A stretch of DNA of 63,421 nucleotides, counting the filler. It is 4 parts of 4 records of this genome, joined end to end, with 100 filler letters (N's around TTAATTAATTAA, not from the genome) between each part and the next. Parts side by side here need not be neighbours in the genome. Positions count along the whole stretch, not along the records: positions 31,484 to 56,022 come from SRR31156797_23405; 3 more parts are not named here. One strand, given 5' to 3'. Below are positions 41,762 through 51,374 of this stretch, piece after piece (within the stretch, counting starts at the first letter, position 1; each line of letters starts with the position of its first letter). The position numbers and the translations under genes were made by a program. The notes under the pieces are model-generated. The model worked only from the letters and a program-made list of their open reading frames with translations, was not told the DNA's origin and made no database searches.

Positions 41762-41798
41762 AAAAAAAACACCCAGGCCGATAAAGGTCTGAGTGTTT
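41762..41798 (-). terminator. Intrinsic terminator of the phage late operon
   Basis: Minus-strand stem AAACACUCAGACC/GGCCUGGGUGUUU followed by a U-run. Confidence 0.75.
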
Positions 41799-41819
41799 AA
41801 AATCAACTAAAATCAATTC

Positions 41820-42065
41820 CTAATCTGTAATTTCTTCTCCCCGCTCCTCCGGCGGGGGAACGCCTACCGGATAAACCGGAGGGGGCTCAGAAATCGGCTT
41901 CCCCCGGATCATCGCAAAGACATCATACAGCAATGTTGTAATCTGATCATCCCACGCGCATTTTTTTGTCATCTTTGCGACAATCTTCAAGGACCCAAGT
42001 GCCAGCGTGAGCGTTAAGATATTCCCTTTGGCAAAGTCAAATAGAAAAGTGTCCAGATTGATCAT
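41820..42065 (-). CDS. Small phage membrane protein (holin/antiholin candidate)
   Basis: Hydrophobic helix; K.T...WDD motif seen in small phage holin-like proteins; lysis cassette position. Confidence 0.55.
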   Translation of the reverse strand: MINLDTFLFDFAKGNILTLTLALGSLKIVAKMTKKCAWDDQITTLLYDVFAMIRGKPISEPPPVYPVGVPPPEERGEEITD

Positions 42066-42325
42066 GCCACGGCCTTTTTATCTTTGAAGATGAATGTACA
42101 CGCCAGATCAATAAAAATACTGATCGGCCCCTTGATCTTTTCCCAGATTTCGGATTTACCTTCCGTGACACCGGTTACCGCGTCCACCAGGCTTTCAACC
42201 GCGGACAATACCATCTCCTTTTTTCTTGCCCCGGAATCTTCCACCCCGTCAAATGCCTCTTCCGCGATTTTCATCAACTTGGAAATCAACGGAATCACTG
42301 CCATCAAAATCGTAATCCACTGCAT
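42062..42325 (-). CDS. Holin-like phage protein
   Basis: N-terminal hydrophobic helix, AEE.F...SGARKKE.V motif, basic C-terminus. Confidence 0.55.
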   Translation of the reverse strand: MQWITILMAVIPLISKLMKIAEEAFDGVEDSGARKKEMVLSAVESLVDAVTGVTEGKSEIWEKIKGPISIFIDLACTFIFKDKKAVA

Positions 42326-42326
42326 T

Positions 42327-42569
42327 TTAAATCTCCTTTCTGGTTAATGGGTTGTAGTGTTTTTCGCAATATGTCACCGACCTGGCGCCATCTGCCGGGA
42401 TGCAATCGCATCCCTCATATATCCAAACCATTTCCCCTTTCTTCCGGGGATCACGGCCTTTAAACCAATCCTCTATGCGGTTTAGCGGGATCAAGGCCTC
42501 AAGACGGAAATGCCCTTTTCTTCTGTCTTCAGCATCTCGCAATCTTCGGATATCATCCTGGAACATCAT
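42327..42569 (-). CDS. Phage hypothetical protein
   Basis: Likely start at ATGA overlap with the endolysin stop; CxC...C..H cluster. Confidence 0.5.
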   Translation of the reverse strand: MMFQDDIRRLRDAEDRRKGHFRLEALIPLNRIEDWFKGRDPRKKGEMVWIYEGCDCIPADGARSVTYCEKHYNPLTRKEI

Positions 42570-43063
42570 GATGCCCTCACTTGTGAAAGTTTCTCTAATT
42601 CCATGTGGAAGAAATGACATTGAGTCTCAAGTGCTGAAATCCTCGATTCTATTTCAGGTGTTCCTGTTGCTGCAGCTGTTGTCTTAGATTCCCCCTCAAA
42701 AAACCGACGATATTTTTCCACCTTGTCAATATAAAAATGTCGATCATTTGGATCACAGTAATGCGCCGTTGCATCCTCCATACTATCCCACCGTTTCAAA
42801 AGCAGCCGTAAGAAAAGGATCCCGCATGCGATATCGACCAGGTCATCATCAACTTGCTCCATCGAATACAGCAGGTCTTTCATGGCAATACCGGACATCT
42901 GGAACACCCCACGGCAACCTGTTGGCGATGTCTGATGCAGACCCAAGGAGGATTCAACCAAAGCTACCGCCGCCGCCCAAGCCGGATCAATTCCGAATAC
43001 CGCGGCCATTCGGTAGATTTTATCTTTCGTTTCAGTCTGTTTTTTTGTGAGTTTCACGCTCAT
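42566..43063 (-). CDS. Lytic transglycosylase (SLT-like) endolysin
   Basis: AVALVESS (catalytic Glu) and GCRGVFQ motifs, ...AHY; AGGAG RBS. Confidence 0.8.
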   Translation of the reverse strand: MSVKLTKKQTETKDKIYRMAAVFGIDPAWAAAVALVESSLGLHQTSPTGCRGVFQMSGIAMKDLLYSMEQVDDDLVDIACGILFLRLLLKRWDSMEDATAHYCDPNDRHFYIDKVEKYRRFFEGESKTTAAATGTPEIESRISALETQCHFFHMELEKLSQVRAS

Positions 43064-43093
43064 CTCCTATAATTCTTTTTCTAACGACCTGCT

Positions 43094-43462
43094 TCAAACC
43101 TTGCCATCTTCATTGCTCCGTAGCTTGAGATATCCTTCGATCCGACCGATAGATTTTGCAATTTTTATCAATTCGGAATGGGTGTTTTCCCTGTCCTCTT
43201 TCACCTCTTTCTTAATTCCAGAAACGTATTTCACGATTTCTGCATTATTTTCCGCCTGGAGTTTGATACATGCTGTGCGTTCCTCTCTACAATCGGCTTC
43301 AGTTAAATAATTCTTCTTTAGAGCATCACCATGTTCTTTGATTGACTGGGTGTGGTCTTCCAAGGTTTTATCCTTTCTGCCAATGCGGAGGAACACGGTT
43401 ACCACGCCGATGCAGGCTAAAATTGATGCAGGCGCTTGCAATATCGATAGGGTGGCCTCCAT
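43094..43462 (-). CDS. Phage membrane protein, single TM + coiled coil (holin-like)
   Basis: ASILACIGVVTVFL TM, then a coiled coil ending IGRIEG; directly upstream of the endolysin. Confidence 0.6.
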   Translation of the reverse strand: MEATLSILQAPASILACIGVVTVFLRIGRKDKTLEDHTQSIKEHGDALKKNYLTEADCREERTACIKLQAENNAEIVKYVSGIKKEVKEDRENTHSELIKIAKSIGRIEGYLKLRSNEDGKV

Positions 43463-43474
43463 GTTTCCCTCCCA

Positions 43475-44497
43475 TTAATCAATCAAAATCCCACGGCCGG
43501 CGGCCGCGCTACCGTATTCCGGTTTCGCGGGCTCCTGGTATGAATTTTCCGGGGGAACAACCTCCATTTTACGACGATGGTTTCCAGGAAGGGGTAACCC
43601 GTCCAGGTCCACCCGAGACGCGGACTCAAAAAACTGCGTCAACACCTGGAAATCTTCCTCATTTGACATTTCAATGATTGCATCCAGGACGTTCTCAGGC
43701 ATTGCAATTCGTGTGTTTTTTGCGGATTCAACGATGATGTTCCGGCGGTTTTCTTCGATCTCCTGGATGGCTGCCAGTTTCCCCTGGGCGTGCTCCAGAT
43801 CCGCCCGGGCCTGTTCAGCATCTTCCCGAAGGGCGTCCTCATAAATGGCCGCGGCTTCCAGTTTCTCCTGAAGATCCACGTTTTGTAGCTGAGTAGACGC
43901 CAGCCAGCTATCCAGATATTTTTCGGCCGTGAGCTCATCCACTCCTGATTGACAAATATTTTCAAGGATGACATCCCGCGTGTTTTCGTCGGCCGATTCC
44001 AGCAGGAACCCCCGGTTTTCAGAAAAACCCGGATTCAGCACGTAATCGAACCCATAAAATGAACTCGTTTTTGTTTTACCGTAGGCTCCACCATCCGATC
44101 CACCCATAGCCCATGAAAAACCGCCGATTTTCGACTTGTGGAGACCTGTTACAATCTGGCCAGGCTTATTGTTTTCCAAAATTTCTTGGTGGTGTTCCAC
44201 GTTCCCATCTTCGTCAACATTAAAGAAGGTGGTCACATTGCTGGGAACATTTTCCAGGATGACCGATTGCCCCCCGGAAAGCTTCACGGTTTCCACTTCG
44301 GAAAGGTTCAGCTTCCCCGCCAACTGCCGGCGGCCATGGCCAAAATACCCATAGGCCTCACGCAATTTGATGCGTTCACGGGTCTCAGGGGCAACGCAAA
44401 CATTCCGTGCCGATTCAAGAACATAATTGCGATGGTGCCCGGTGTATTTCCGTCCTTCCCGAAAAAGATTGAAATTACATTTGATCACCTGTCCCAT
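43475..44497 (-). CDS. Prohead/head-processing protease, phage P1 Pro-like
   Basis: GYFGHGRRQL.GKL, ENVP, H.QEIL...PG.IV, GGFSWA.GG and F.G.DYV..P match my recollection of P1 Pro; start MGQVI after GAGGA. Confidence 0.85.
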   Translation of the reverse strand: MGQVIKCNFNLFREGRKYTGHHRNYVLESARNVCVAPETRERIKLREAYGYFGHGRRQLAGKLNLSEVETVKLSGGQSVILENVPSNVTTFFNVDEDGNVEHHQEILENNKPGQIVTGLHKSKIGGFSWAMGGSDGGAYGKTKTSSFYGFDYVLNPGFSENRGFLLESADENTRDVILENICQSGVDELTAEKYLDSWLASTQLQNVDLQEKLEAAAIYEDALREDAEQARADLEHAQGKLAAIQEIEENRRNIIVESAKNTRIAMPENVLDAIIEMSNEEDFQVLTQFFESASRVDLDGLPLPGNHRRKMEVVPPENSYQEPAKPEYGSAAAGRGILID

Positions 44498-46070
44498 TTT
44501 TGCTTTCCTCATTCTGCGGTTCCAGTTTTCTGAAAACCATTTTGAATTTTTCTTCATCCATTTTGAGTAGATCGGTATAGACCCAATTGTTCATTGCATT
44601 CGGATCAAAACCCTTCATCTCGGGGTCAAGGGTTTGGATCAATTGACCCACCAGCATTGCGAAATTAACCCGTGCTTCCCTGTTTTCCGCCTCTTCACGT
44701 TCCATTGCAGTCGAAACGGAATTGAACATGATTCTCCATGGCTTTTGGCCCGACGGAAAAACTTTCCCGTATTTGTAAGCCACATGGATATCGAAAAGCC
44801 GGTCAAGGCCGGTCAAGATCGCCCTGCGTAACATTGCGGCTTTTATGGCCGCCAGGATTGAAATCCGGAAAAACCCACCGTCTCCGAGTCCGCCGGCCAA
44901 CATTTCGCCGAACCCCAACAATGCCGGATCCACGCCAACCGCTGAACCGAGGCGTTTTATGTGAAACTCAACATCCGAAAGGGCTTCGATGTTCGGATTG
45001 CCCTCCACGGTTGATATCTCCAACCTGCCTTTACCATCACCCCAAATCGGAATAAGCCGGTTAATGGCAGTCTGGATAAAACCGCGTCGGAAAGAATCCG
45101 CGGCCTTGCGTTTTTCGGTTTTCTGTAATTGCTTGGACACGGTATTGAGGTACAAAGCCGCTTTCTGAGGTGTTAATTTTCCCGTGTTGACGCCCACAAG
45201 ACGCTCCAGGCGGGCCGCATTCTTCCGGCTCATATTCAGGCTCTGGATTGCGTCCAGGAGATCAAGCCATGGGTGGAATGCGGCCTCTATGAGGCTTTGC
45301 CCGTAATGCTGGGATTCTACCAAACCCTCATTTTCATAATCATCGGCCGCGATATCAAAGGGACGTTCTTCATACCGCACGGGCTCAATTGATGCGTCCG
45401 TAGGCCAATGGGGAATCTTGAATGCGATAAACTTCCACGGTTCCATTAACTGGATCCCCGCAGAGTGAGCACCCTGATATGCTGACGTAAAGCCGACCAA
45501 TTGGCCAGCCCGCTCATACATCATATTGAACCGCGGATGCGTATAAAAATCTGAGCGAAGAAGTTTTACACCTGTTTTCTGGGCGCCATAGACCCGTGTG
45601 AACCAGCATCCATACTTTGCTGCATTGTATGCCCACGAATGGCAATCCTGATTGATCTTCTCCTTGAAAGTATCTCTGAGATCGATCGCAATGGGGTTAT
45701 CTTCATCGGTTGTACTCTCGATTGATACGATTTCGCCTGTGTGCGGGTCCGCGCTAAGAGCATGGGAAATGTGCATTTTAATGGCGCTGTCAATTGTCGG
45801 ATCTTTCGCCATGGCATCCAAAACAGCGTATTTTGCAATCCGGTTTTTCGGGAAGGCCCCCAGCGAGATGGCATCATCATCACCCGTAACGGACGCCGCT
45901 TCCCCGACTGCCTCGGTCTGATTTGGCAAAAGCCAATCGGCGCCTTCACCGGTTGTCAACGGCATATTGTCAACCGGGGTTGTTTCCTCTTCAGATTTGC
46001 GAAACCCCGGATAAAGACGGCGCCAGTGCCACCAAGGTTCATCCTTTTTAGACTTCACTTTTTTTGTCAT
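44475..46070 (-). CDS. Portal protein, phage P1 Prt-like
   Basis: MAKDPTI.SA..MH..HALS, YG.SL.E.A..PW, LGSA.G.D..LLGF...L.GGLGDGGF.R.SI.AA; upstream of the protease. Confidence 0.85.
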   Translation of the reverse strand: MTKKVKSKKDEPWWHWRRLYPGFRKSEEETTPVDNMPLTTGEGADWLLPNQTEAVGEAASVTGDDDAISLGAFPKNRIAKYAVLDAMAKDPTIDSAIKMHISHALSADPHTGEIVSIESTTDEDNPIAIDLRDTFKEKINQDCHSWAYNAAKYGCWFTRVYGAQKTGVKLLRSDFYTHPRFNMMYERAGQLVGFTSAYQGAHSAGIQLMEPWKFIAFKIPHWPTDASIEPVRYEERPFDIAADDYENEGLVESQHYGQSLIEAAFHPWLDLLDAIQSLNMSRKNAARLERLVGVNTGKLTPQKAALYLNTVSKQLQKTEKRKAADSFRRGFIQTAINRLIPIWGDGKGRLEISTVEGNPNIEALSDVEFHIKRLGSAVGVDPALLGFGEMLAGGLGDGGFFRISILAAIKAAMLRRAILTGLDRLFDIHVAYKYGKVFPSGQKPWRIMFNSVSTAMEREEAENREARVNFAMLVGQLIQTLDPEMKGFDPNAMNNWVYTDLLKMDEEKFKMVFRKLEPQNEESKNGTGDQM

Positions 46071-46093
46071 TCTCAGGGGTTCCCTAAAGATTT

Positions 46094-46678
46094 CTACACG
46101 ATTTCGCCGACCACCAGACCACGGTCAATCATTGATTGCCAAAGTATTTCTTTTAAATTCTGGAAGAAACTTTTGTCCGGGTCCGGGCTTTGCATCGCAA
46201 GTTGTGAAAATTCCTTAATTCCGGGTGCCATGTGCCGATAAAGAACTGAAATGGTTACATCGTTTTCCACCATCGGCCCCAGGTCTTCCCCGGTTTCAGA
46301 ATCCGTTTTCCTCATGATCGTGACAACTTTCCCCTCAATCGAAAAATGAGTTCCTTCGGCCAGAAAATCCCCGCCAACCGACAAAATCGGGGGTTCAGTC
46401 GGGGTGTGATTCAACGTGATTCGCCCTTCATCGACATTATAATCTTCGTTGGTCAGTTCTTCAGTGTCGGGCTGGTCTCTGATCGTAATTGTTTCCTGCG
46501 ATACCTGCGTGAACACGCCATTTTCATAGGTGCCGTGGACCAGTTGAATCGACAAGGATTTACCGAACACGTCTACCGAAAAGCCCTTGATGTCGGAGTG
46601 CTGTGCTGTTTTTGCCTCTTCAATTACCGTTTCTGTTCTTACGAGTGCCATTTTCTTCCTCTCCTTTATCTCTACCAC
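46094..46678 (-). CDS. Phage hypothetical protein (fibre-associated candidate)
   Basis: Beta-rich ITL..TP...L.EG.HFSI.G..VT insert; located in the fibre module. Confidence 0.65.
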   Translation of the reverse strand: MVEIKERKKMALVRTETVIEEAKTAQHSDIKGFSVDVFGKSLSIQLVHGTYENGVFTQVSQETITIRDQPDTEELTNEDYNVDEGRITLNHTPTEPPILSVGGDFLAEGTHFSIEGKVVTIMRKTDSETGEDLGPMVENDVTISVLYRHMAPGIKEFSQLAMQSPDPDKSFFQNLKEILWQSMIDRGLVVGEIV

Positions 46679-47297
46679 CTGATTCCTATGCCGATTTTAT
46701 ATGTCCACGCTGACCATCGTTCAAGCTCGCCATGATACATCTGATCAAACGTCATTCGTTTAACCGATCCCATGCCCCACAACCATTCCCATATCCGAAA
46801 TTGACCATTGGCAACGGCGAATTGGACCCTGTTTGGGGACGAATTCTCTTTAAAAAAATAAAAGAAATTAATGTCAAAATTCTCGGTTTGCCAACCGCCA
46901 CCGCCTCCCCAATTGTCGCCATGCTTTTTCCAAAAATAGTCATTCTCAAAAATACTCTTATAGCCAGCCAGATTGTACGCCCCCGCTAAATATAATCCGC
47001 GCCATACATACCCACGCAACTGTCCGGATACGCCCCAAACATAACCAAAAGTGGCTGTTTTCTTTTTCTGCCAGGCCGTACATCCAGTTAATTTCATCTC
47101 TAGAAATCGCCATTTTGCTTGGCCTTCGAGGTGTACTCCAACACCAGGATCATATCCGGCGCCACTGGCGAAATTACCGGTAATGTAACCCCGACGTGCC
47201 AATCAATTTCATCCGTCCATCCTGCCCATGCTGTTGTCGTCAGAAGCAGCGAGCAAACCGAAATAAAGATAAAGCGTATTAGATAGTTAATCTTCAT
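46672..47297 (-). pseudogene. Frameshifted outer-membrane beta-barrel protein (about 208 aa if repaired)
   Basis: The signal-peptide ORF (47297, ...TAWA) and the barrel ORF ending YKIGIGIRW join if one G is added to the G4 run (plus-strand CCCC 47189-47192). Confidence 0.75.
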
Positions 47298-47317
47298 GTG
47301 ATTTATTTTCACTCCTT

Positions 47318-49981
47318 TTAATCAGTGAGCGAGATGTAATCCCATCCCCTGGTTGCACCATTACAAATGTACAACCTATTGTTTGTCGTATCGATACTCT
47401 GTCGTCCGCGTTCATCATCAGAATCACAATCTGCTGCTGGCGGAGCGCCAGCGTTATTATCCTGGAATTGTGCATATTTGCCATCCGGGACATGAAGTGT
47501 TGATTCCGGCAACGGAGTACCGATACCGACGTTGCCGTTTGAGTTAATACTAAAATCTTCAAGTGAACCAGAGCCCCAACCCATATGAAACCCTGTAGAA
47601 TTTAGATTCAGAACCATATCATCTATTGCCGAGCCTTGCTTGAAAGTTATTCTTGATCTTTCAGCTGAATTGGTAGTTTCGACAAGCAGACCTGTATCAT
47701 TATCGTCACCCGATGTTTGCATAACATGCAGCTTCGCATCCGGCCCCGTCGTACCAATGCCAACGTTTCCGCCATAGTCCGCTAATGCCAGATTGTAGGC
47801 CCCTGTTCCACTCCGGCCAGCGTTTATTTTTCCGACATTATCGGTAGTATCCAACTGAAACCACATTGTTTTATTAGTGTCAGTTTGCCCTTTAATTAAA
47901 AATTGACCTACTCCTAACGATGCAGAACTGACATCATCTTGCACATACAAACGTCCATGAGTAAGTTGTAAATTTCCAGCAAAAATATCTAATTTTTCTT
48001 GCGGACTTGTCGTCCCGATGCCTATATATCCGTTATAATTGATATGAAAAGGCGTTGTCGATGTACGGCCATCATAAATCTGAAAGTTGTCACCCACCGC
48101 TTTGATTGAAAAATCGGCAGTTGTGGGAGCTAGATCCTGCAATCGGATAGTGGGATTTTCTCCGACAATATGGAAATGTGCTGTCGGGCTCGGAGTCCCC
48201 ACTCCAACGTGGCCGTCTGTTTTTATGACCATTGCGCTATCAGATCGAGGGTCAGCTAATAAAGGGTTGGCAATTCCAGTTGTAAATCCTATATTTCCTT
48301 GTGTATTAAATCCGATATATGGATTTGCAGCATTTCCAAGTGAGGAAATTGTCAAATCAGGTTCATCTGTACTTGTGCGTTCAAATTCTACAAGATTACC
48401 GTAACCATCTCCGGTCCCGGCAACATGAAGTTGTACGTCCGGCTCCGTCCCAATGCCGACGCACCCATCATGCTTAGCAGTAATCACAGGAGTTGGACTG
48501 TTTCCGTCCGTTCCATCATTGACCTTGAACTGTACTTTCCCTTTTTGATCATCTCCGGTTCCATCGTGGGATACCGTTATTTTCGCAAGTGTAGTGGTCT
48601 CTCCTCCGGATTGTTTACCCTCAAAGACGACCGAACTTTCACGTCCACCATCAATGTCTTCAGGTGTTTGATTTCTAAGGGTTTTAATTTGTGGGGTATT
48701 TATCAGTTTTGCGCCAGAAACGATTCCATTCAGTCCGTTGCCGGACTGATCAAACCAAGTAGTTGTAGATGCATTTTCGGGGGTGAGATCTAAAACGCAG
48801 CCGATTTGAGTGACTTCAAGAGTTGCAATATCCACAGTGGATGCTGTATTATTCACTATCCACAACCTCTCTTGATTTTTTCCAATTGTATACTCAACAG
48901 TTCCAAACCCAGACATAATTACAGTCGAGTCGGATGCTGCCCTGAGAAATATAGATCCGGCAGATACAGTTCCATTCATGGTAATTCTATAGGTTTTTCC
49001 TACTTTAAGTGCGGGGGTTGAGGTAACATAAACACCGTCATTTGCTATCCCGCTTGTAGTAAATGTGTTTGCATCCGATATTACTGCACCGCCATACGCC
49101 GTCCACCCGCTTGTAAAATCCCAACCACTAAATACATCCGCCTGACTAGCCCCCTGATATTGATCAGGCACTTCACCACCACTGCTCAGTGCTTTTACTT
49201 CGTCGGCTGACAAAGCGAGATTAAAAAGCCTAAAATCTCGCATCATTGTATTAATATAACTGCCTGATACTCCCGGAATCAATAAGTCTGCTGTATTAGT
49301 CAATGAAGATGTGAACATAGCAATACTTTCAGTTGTAATAATTGCCTTACCGTCAACATAAAATTGACCTTTAGTGGCATCTCTATCAGACGTAAAGGCT
49401 AAAATATGCCAAACATCATCTTTTATAACTCCATAACCGGTGTCATAATCAGCAACTTCTACACCTCCAATTTTTGCATAAAACTGTAGATTGTCATGTC
49501 CACCTACTTCATTTACATACCAATGGTCGTTTGCAGATTGGTATTTTCCGAAATGCCCATTTGCCAGAGAATCGATAGGTTTTATTGTCCATATAAAACT
49601 AAAATCCGAAATGCCTAAATTAAAAGCTGCATTATCAGGCACAGTAATCACATCGTTAGAACCGTCAAACCAATACCCTGGCCCCCTGCTCGCAAGGTCC
49701 GTGATATTCTGCTGTCCCGTGGTATAATTACCATCATAATTCACATCACCGGTGCGGGTCCCTCCGGCGAAGGTCGGACTGTCCGTAGTCCGCACATCCT
49801 GATCCATACCGAAAAGTTCGTTTGCTCCGTGGCCGGTGTCGAGGGTGTTGGTAAAGACCTCCCCTGCGTTCAATCTCCCAGTTATTTCCAAGTCACCGCG
49901 GATTTTTTCAGTTTCAGCAAAAGCGAATCCGAAGAAAGCCAACATGATTGCGAAAGCAGCACAAAGTATTCTATTTTTCAT
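47318..49981 (-). CDS. Fibre/adhesin-like protein with Sec signal peptide, LamG-like domain and GxVGIGTxxP repeats
   Basis: MKNRILCAAFAIMLAFFGFAFA; FDGSND...WH......YVDG...FRLFN.ALSA.EV (LamG); five GxVG[IV]GT-type repeats. Confidence 0.8.
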   Translation of the reverse strand: MKNRILCAAFAIMLAFFGFAFAETEKIRGDLEITGRLNAGEVFTNTLDTGHGANELFGMDQDVRTTDSPTFAGGTRTGDVNYDGNYTTGQQNITDLASRGPGYWFDGSNDVITVPDNAAFNLGISDFSFIWTIKPIDSLANGHFGKYQSANDHWYVNEVGGHDNLQFYAKIGGVEVADYDTGYGVIKDDVWHILAFTSDRDATKGQFYVDGKAIITTESIAMFTSSLTNTADLLIPGVSGSYINTMMRDFRLFNLALSADEVKALSSGGEVPDQYQGASQADVFSGWDFTSGWTAYGGAVISDANTFTTSGIANDGVYVTSTPALKVGKTYRITMNGTVSAGSIFLRAASDSTVIMSGFGTVEYTIGKNQERLWIVNNTASTVDIATLEVTQIGCVLDLTPENASTTTWFDQSGNGLNGIVSGAKLINTPQIKTLRNQTPEDIDGGRESSVVFEGKQSGGETTTLAKITVSHDGTGDDQKGKVQFKVNDGTDGNSPTPVITAKHDGCVGIGTEPDVQLHVAGTGDGYGNLVEFERTSTDEPDLTISSLGNAANPYIGFNTQGNIGFTTGIANPLLADPRSDSAMVIKTDGHVGVGTPSPTAHFHIVGENPTIRLQDLAPTTADFSIKAVGDNFQIYDGRTSTTPFHINYNGYIGIGTTSPQEKLDIFAGNLQLTHGRLYVQDDVSSASLGVGQFLIKGQTDTNKTMWFQLDTTDNVGKINAGRSGTGAYNLALADYGGNVGIGTTGPDAKLHVMQTSGDDNDTGLLVETTNSAERSRITFKQGSAIDDMVLNLNSTGFHMGWGSGSLEDFSINSNGNVGIGTPLPESTLHVPDGKYAQFQDNNAGAPPAADCDSDDERGRQSIDTTNNRLYICNGATRGWDYISLTD

Positions 49982-49995
49982 CCTTCACTATCCCC

Positions 49996-50928
49996 CTATC
50001 CGATCATTTCGCGTGTAAGATCGATGGCCCACCCATCGCTACCCGCTGTACATTTTAATTGCACGGTGTTCCCGTCCTTTTCTACGGAAAACTCGATACC
50101 ATCCGTAGACCCTATGTCCGGTCCGGATTTATCCGGGAAGGGTGCAACATTGCCATCGGCCTCCCGATCCCAACATGCCTGCATCTTCCCCGTTCTCATG
50201 TTTGTTCCATCGCCATTGTCAACGACATATCGCCACACGGCGCCCTTCGCATTGGCATCCGGTATTGAATCGACAACCGTTTCGCCCGTATCGACGGATT
50301 GAGTTGGCACCGCAATCACCCTGGACAGGCCCCCGTCAGGAAAATCGATGGACTCGACGGTTACGTTTCGGAATGTCGGGTCACTGTTGGGTGACAATGT
50401 TTGACCTTGAGCGACAACCATGGCGTATTGAGCCGCGGTAAGGTGATATCGCTCACCGCTAATACCACCCTGAAAGCAAGACAGGTTTGCATGGTCTTGA
50501 ATCCAGGTCACAATTTTGATCCATCGCTCACCATTCCATCGAACATGGTCACCAGCTGCCCATGACGCGATACCATCCAGGGGATGGGAACCAGGAACCG
50601 ATACCCTCCAATACCACCCGGTTTCGGGTGATCCGTGCGGGTCGGCGCCTGCACTGGCATCCCAAACACCTTTGTAATTTTCATCCTCAAAGTAGCTCGG
50701 AGCCAGGTAAAGCAGGTCATTTGTGGGGATGCCTTCCGCAACCCCTACTTCGTCGATCGTCAAATAAGGGTGTTCGAGCCGAAGGTATTGGATGTTTTCC
50801 TGGGCGTCTTCATTGGGGATCTGTGCTTCTAGCTCCACCGCATTACCTGGGATGTAGATATAGAAACCTGTCCCCCTGAAAACGACGGGTAGAGAATTAT
50901 GGTTTGTGATCGTAATTTGGCTTATCAT
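49996..50928 (-). CDS. Phage tail-fibre/virion-associated protein
   Basis: YKG.WDAS...GWYW.VSV.G...W..GD...WNG..W.K module and H.NL...QGG...E.YHLT motif, both common in phage fibre proteins. Confidence 0.7.
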   Translation of the reverse strand: MISQITITNHNSLPVVFRGTGFYIYIPGNAVELEAQIPNEDAQENIQYLRLEHPYLTIDEVGVAEGIPTNDLLYLAPSYFEDENYKGVWDASAGADPHGSPETGWYWRVSVPGSHPLDGIASWAAGDHVRWNGERWIKIVTWIQDHANLSCFQGGISGERYHLTAAQYAMVVAQGQTLSPNSDPTFRNVTVESIDFPDGGLSRVIAVPTQSVDTGETVVDSIPDANAKGAVWRYVVDNGDGTNMRTGKMQACWDREADGNVAPFPDKSGPDIGSTDGIEFSVEKDGNTVQLKCTAGSDGWAIDLTREMIG

Positions 50929-50948
50929 CGTGATAACCCCTACATGGT

Positions 50949-51368
50949 TTAAGCGTTAGCGAATACGGCTTTTGCTTCCATTTCCTCATCCCCTGAAGCA
51001 TATTCAAAAGGCTCACCATCGGCACCGATAAGGGAATGGAATGGGTCAAAGATCATCTGCCCGGGTGCAAAGCGCATTTCCTCATACCACCACGCACAAA
51101 GCAGATCGTAAACCTGTTCACCACATTCCAGGGATTCAATCCATTCCCGGTCAAGGTGATCCCCGAATTCTGTATAACCGTGATCAATCAATGCCTTTTT
51201 CACGATCCACCAAAAGGGGCCATACCCACGGTATCTCAGTGGGGTTTTCCGCAAGATTCCGGCAATGGAAGAAAGGATTTTTTTGAACCATTCCTCTTCC
51301 GTCTGGCCCTGCATGGCTTCCGCATATAACGGTTTCAATTCGGCTTTCGTCGGTTTCTGGATTTTCAT
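50949..51368 (-). CDS. Ulx-like protein (DarB packaging helper in phage P1)
   Basis: KP.K..L......G.TE.E...L.K.P..YR.YGP.W..KK.L...GY..FG...DR matches my recollection of P1 Ulx; directly after darB as in P1. Confidence 0.75.
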   Translation of the reverse strand: MKIQKPTKAELKPLYAEAMQGQTEEEWFKKILSSIAGILRKTPLRYRGYGPFWWIVKKALIDHGYTEFGDHLDREWIESLECGEQVYDLLCAWWYEEMRFAPGQMIFDPFHSLIGADGEPFEYASGDEEMEAKAVFANA

Positions 51369-51374
51369 AACCCC

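Noticed and set aside
47318-49981. Fibre gene as a target of a diversity-generating retroelement or invertible shufflon
   Set aside because: No reverse transcriptase, template repeat, invertase or inverted crossover sites seen in the available sequence.
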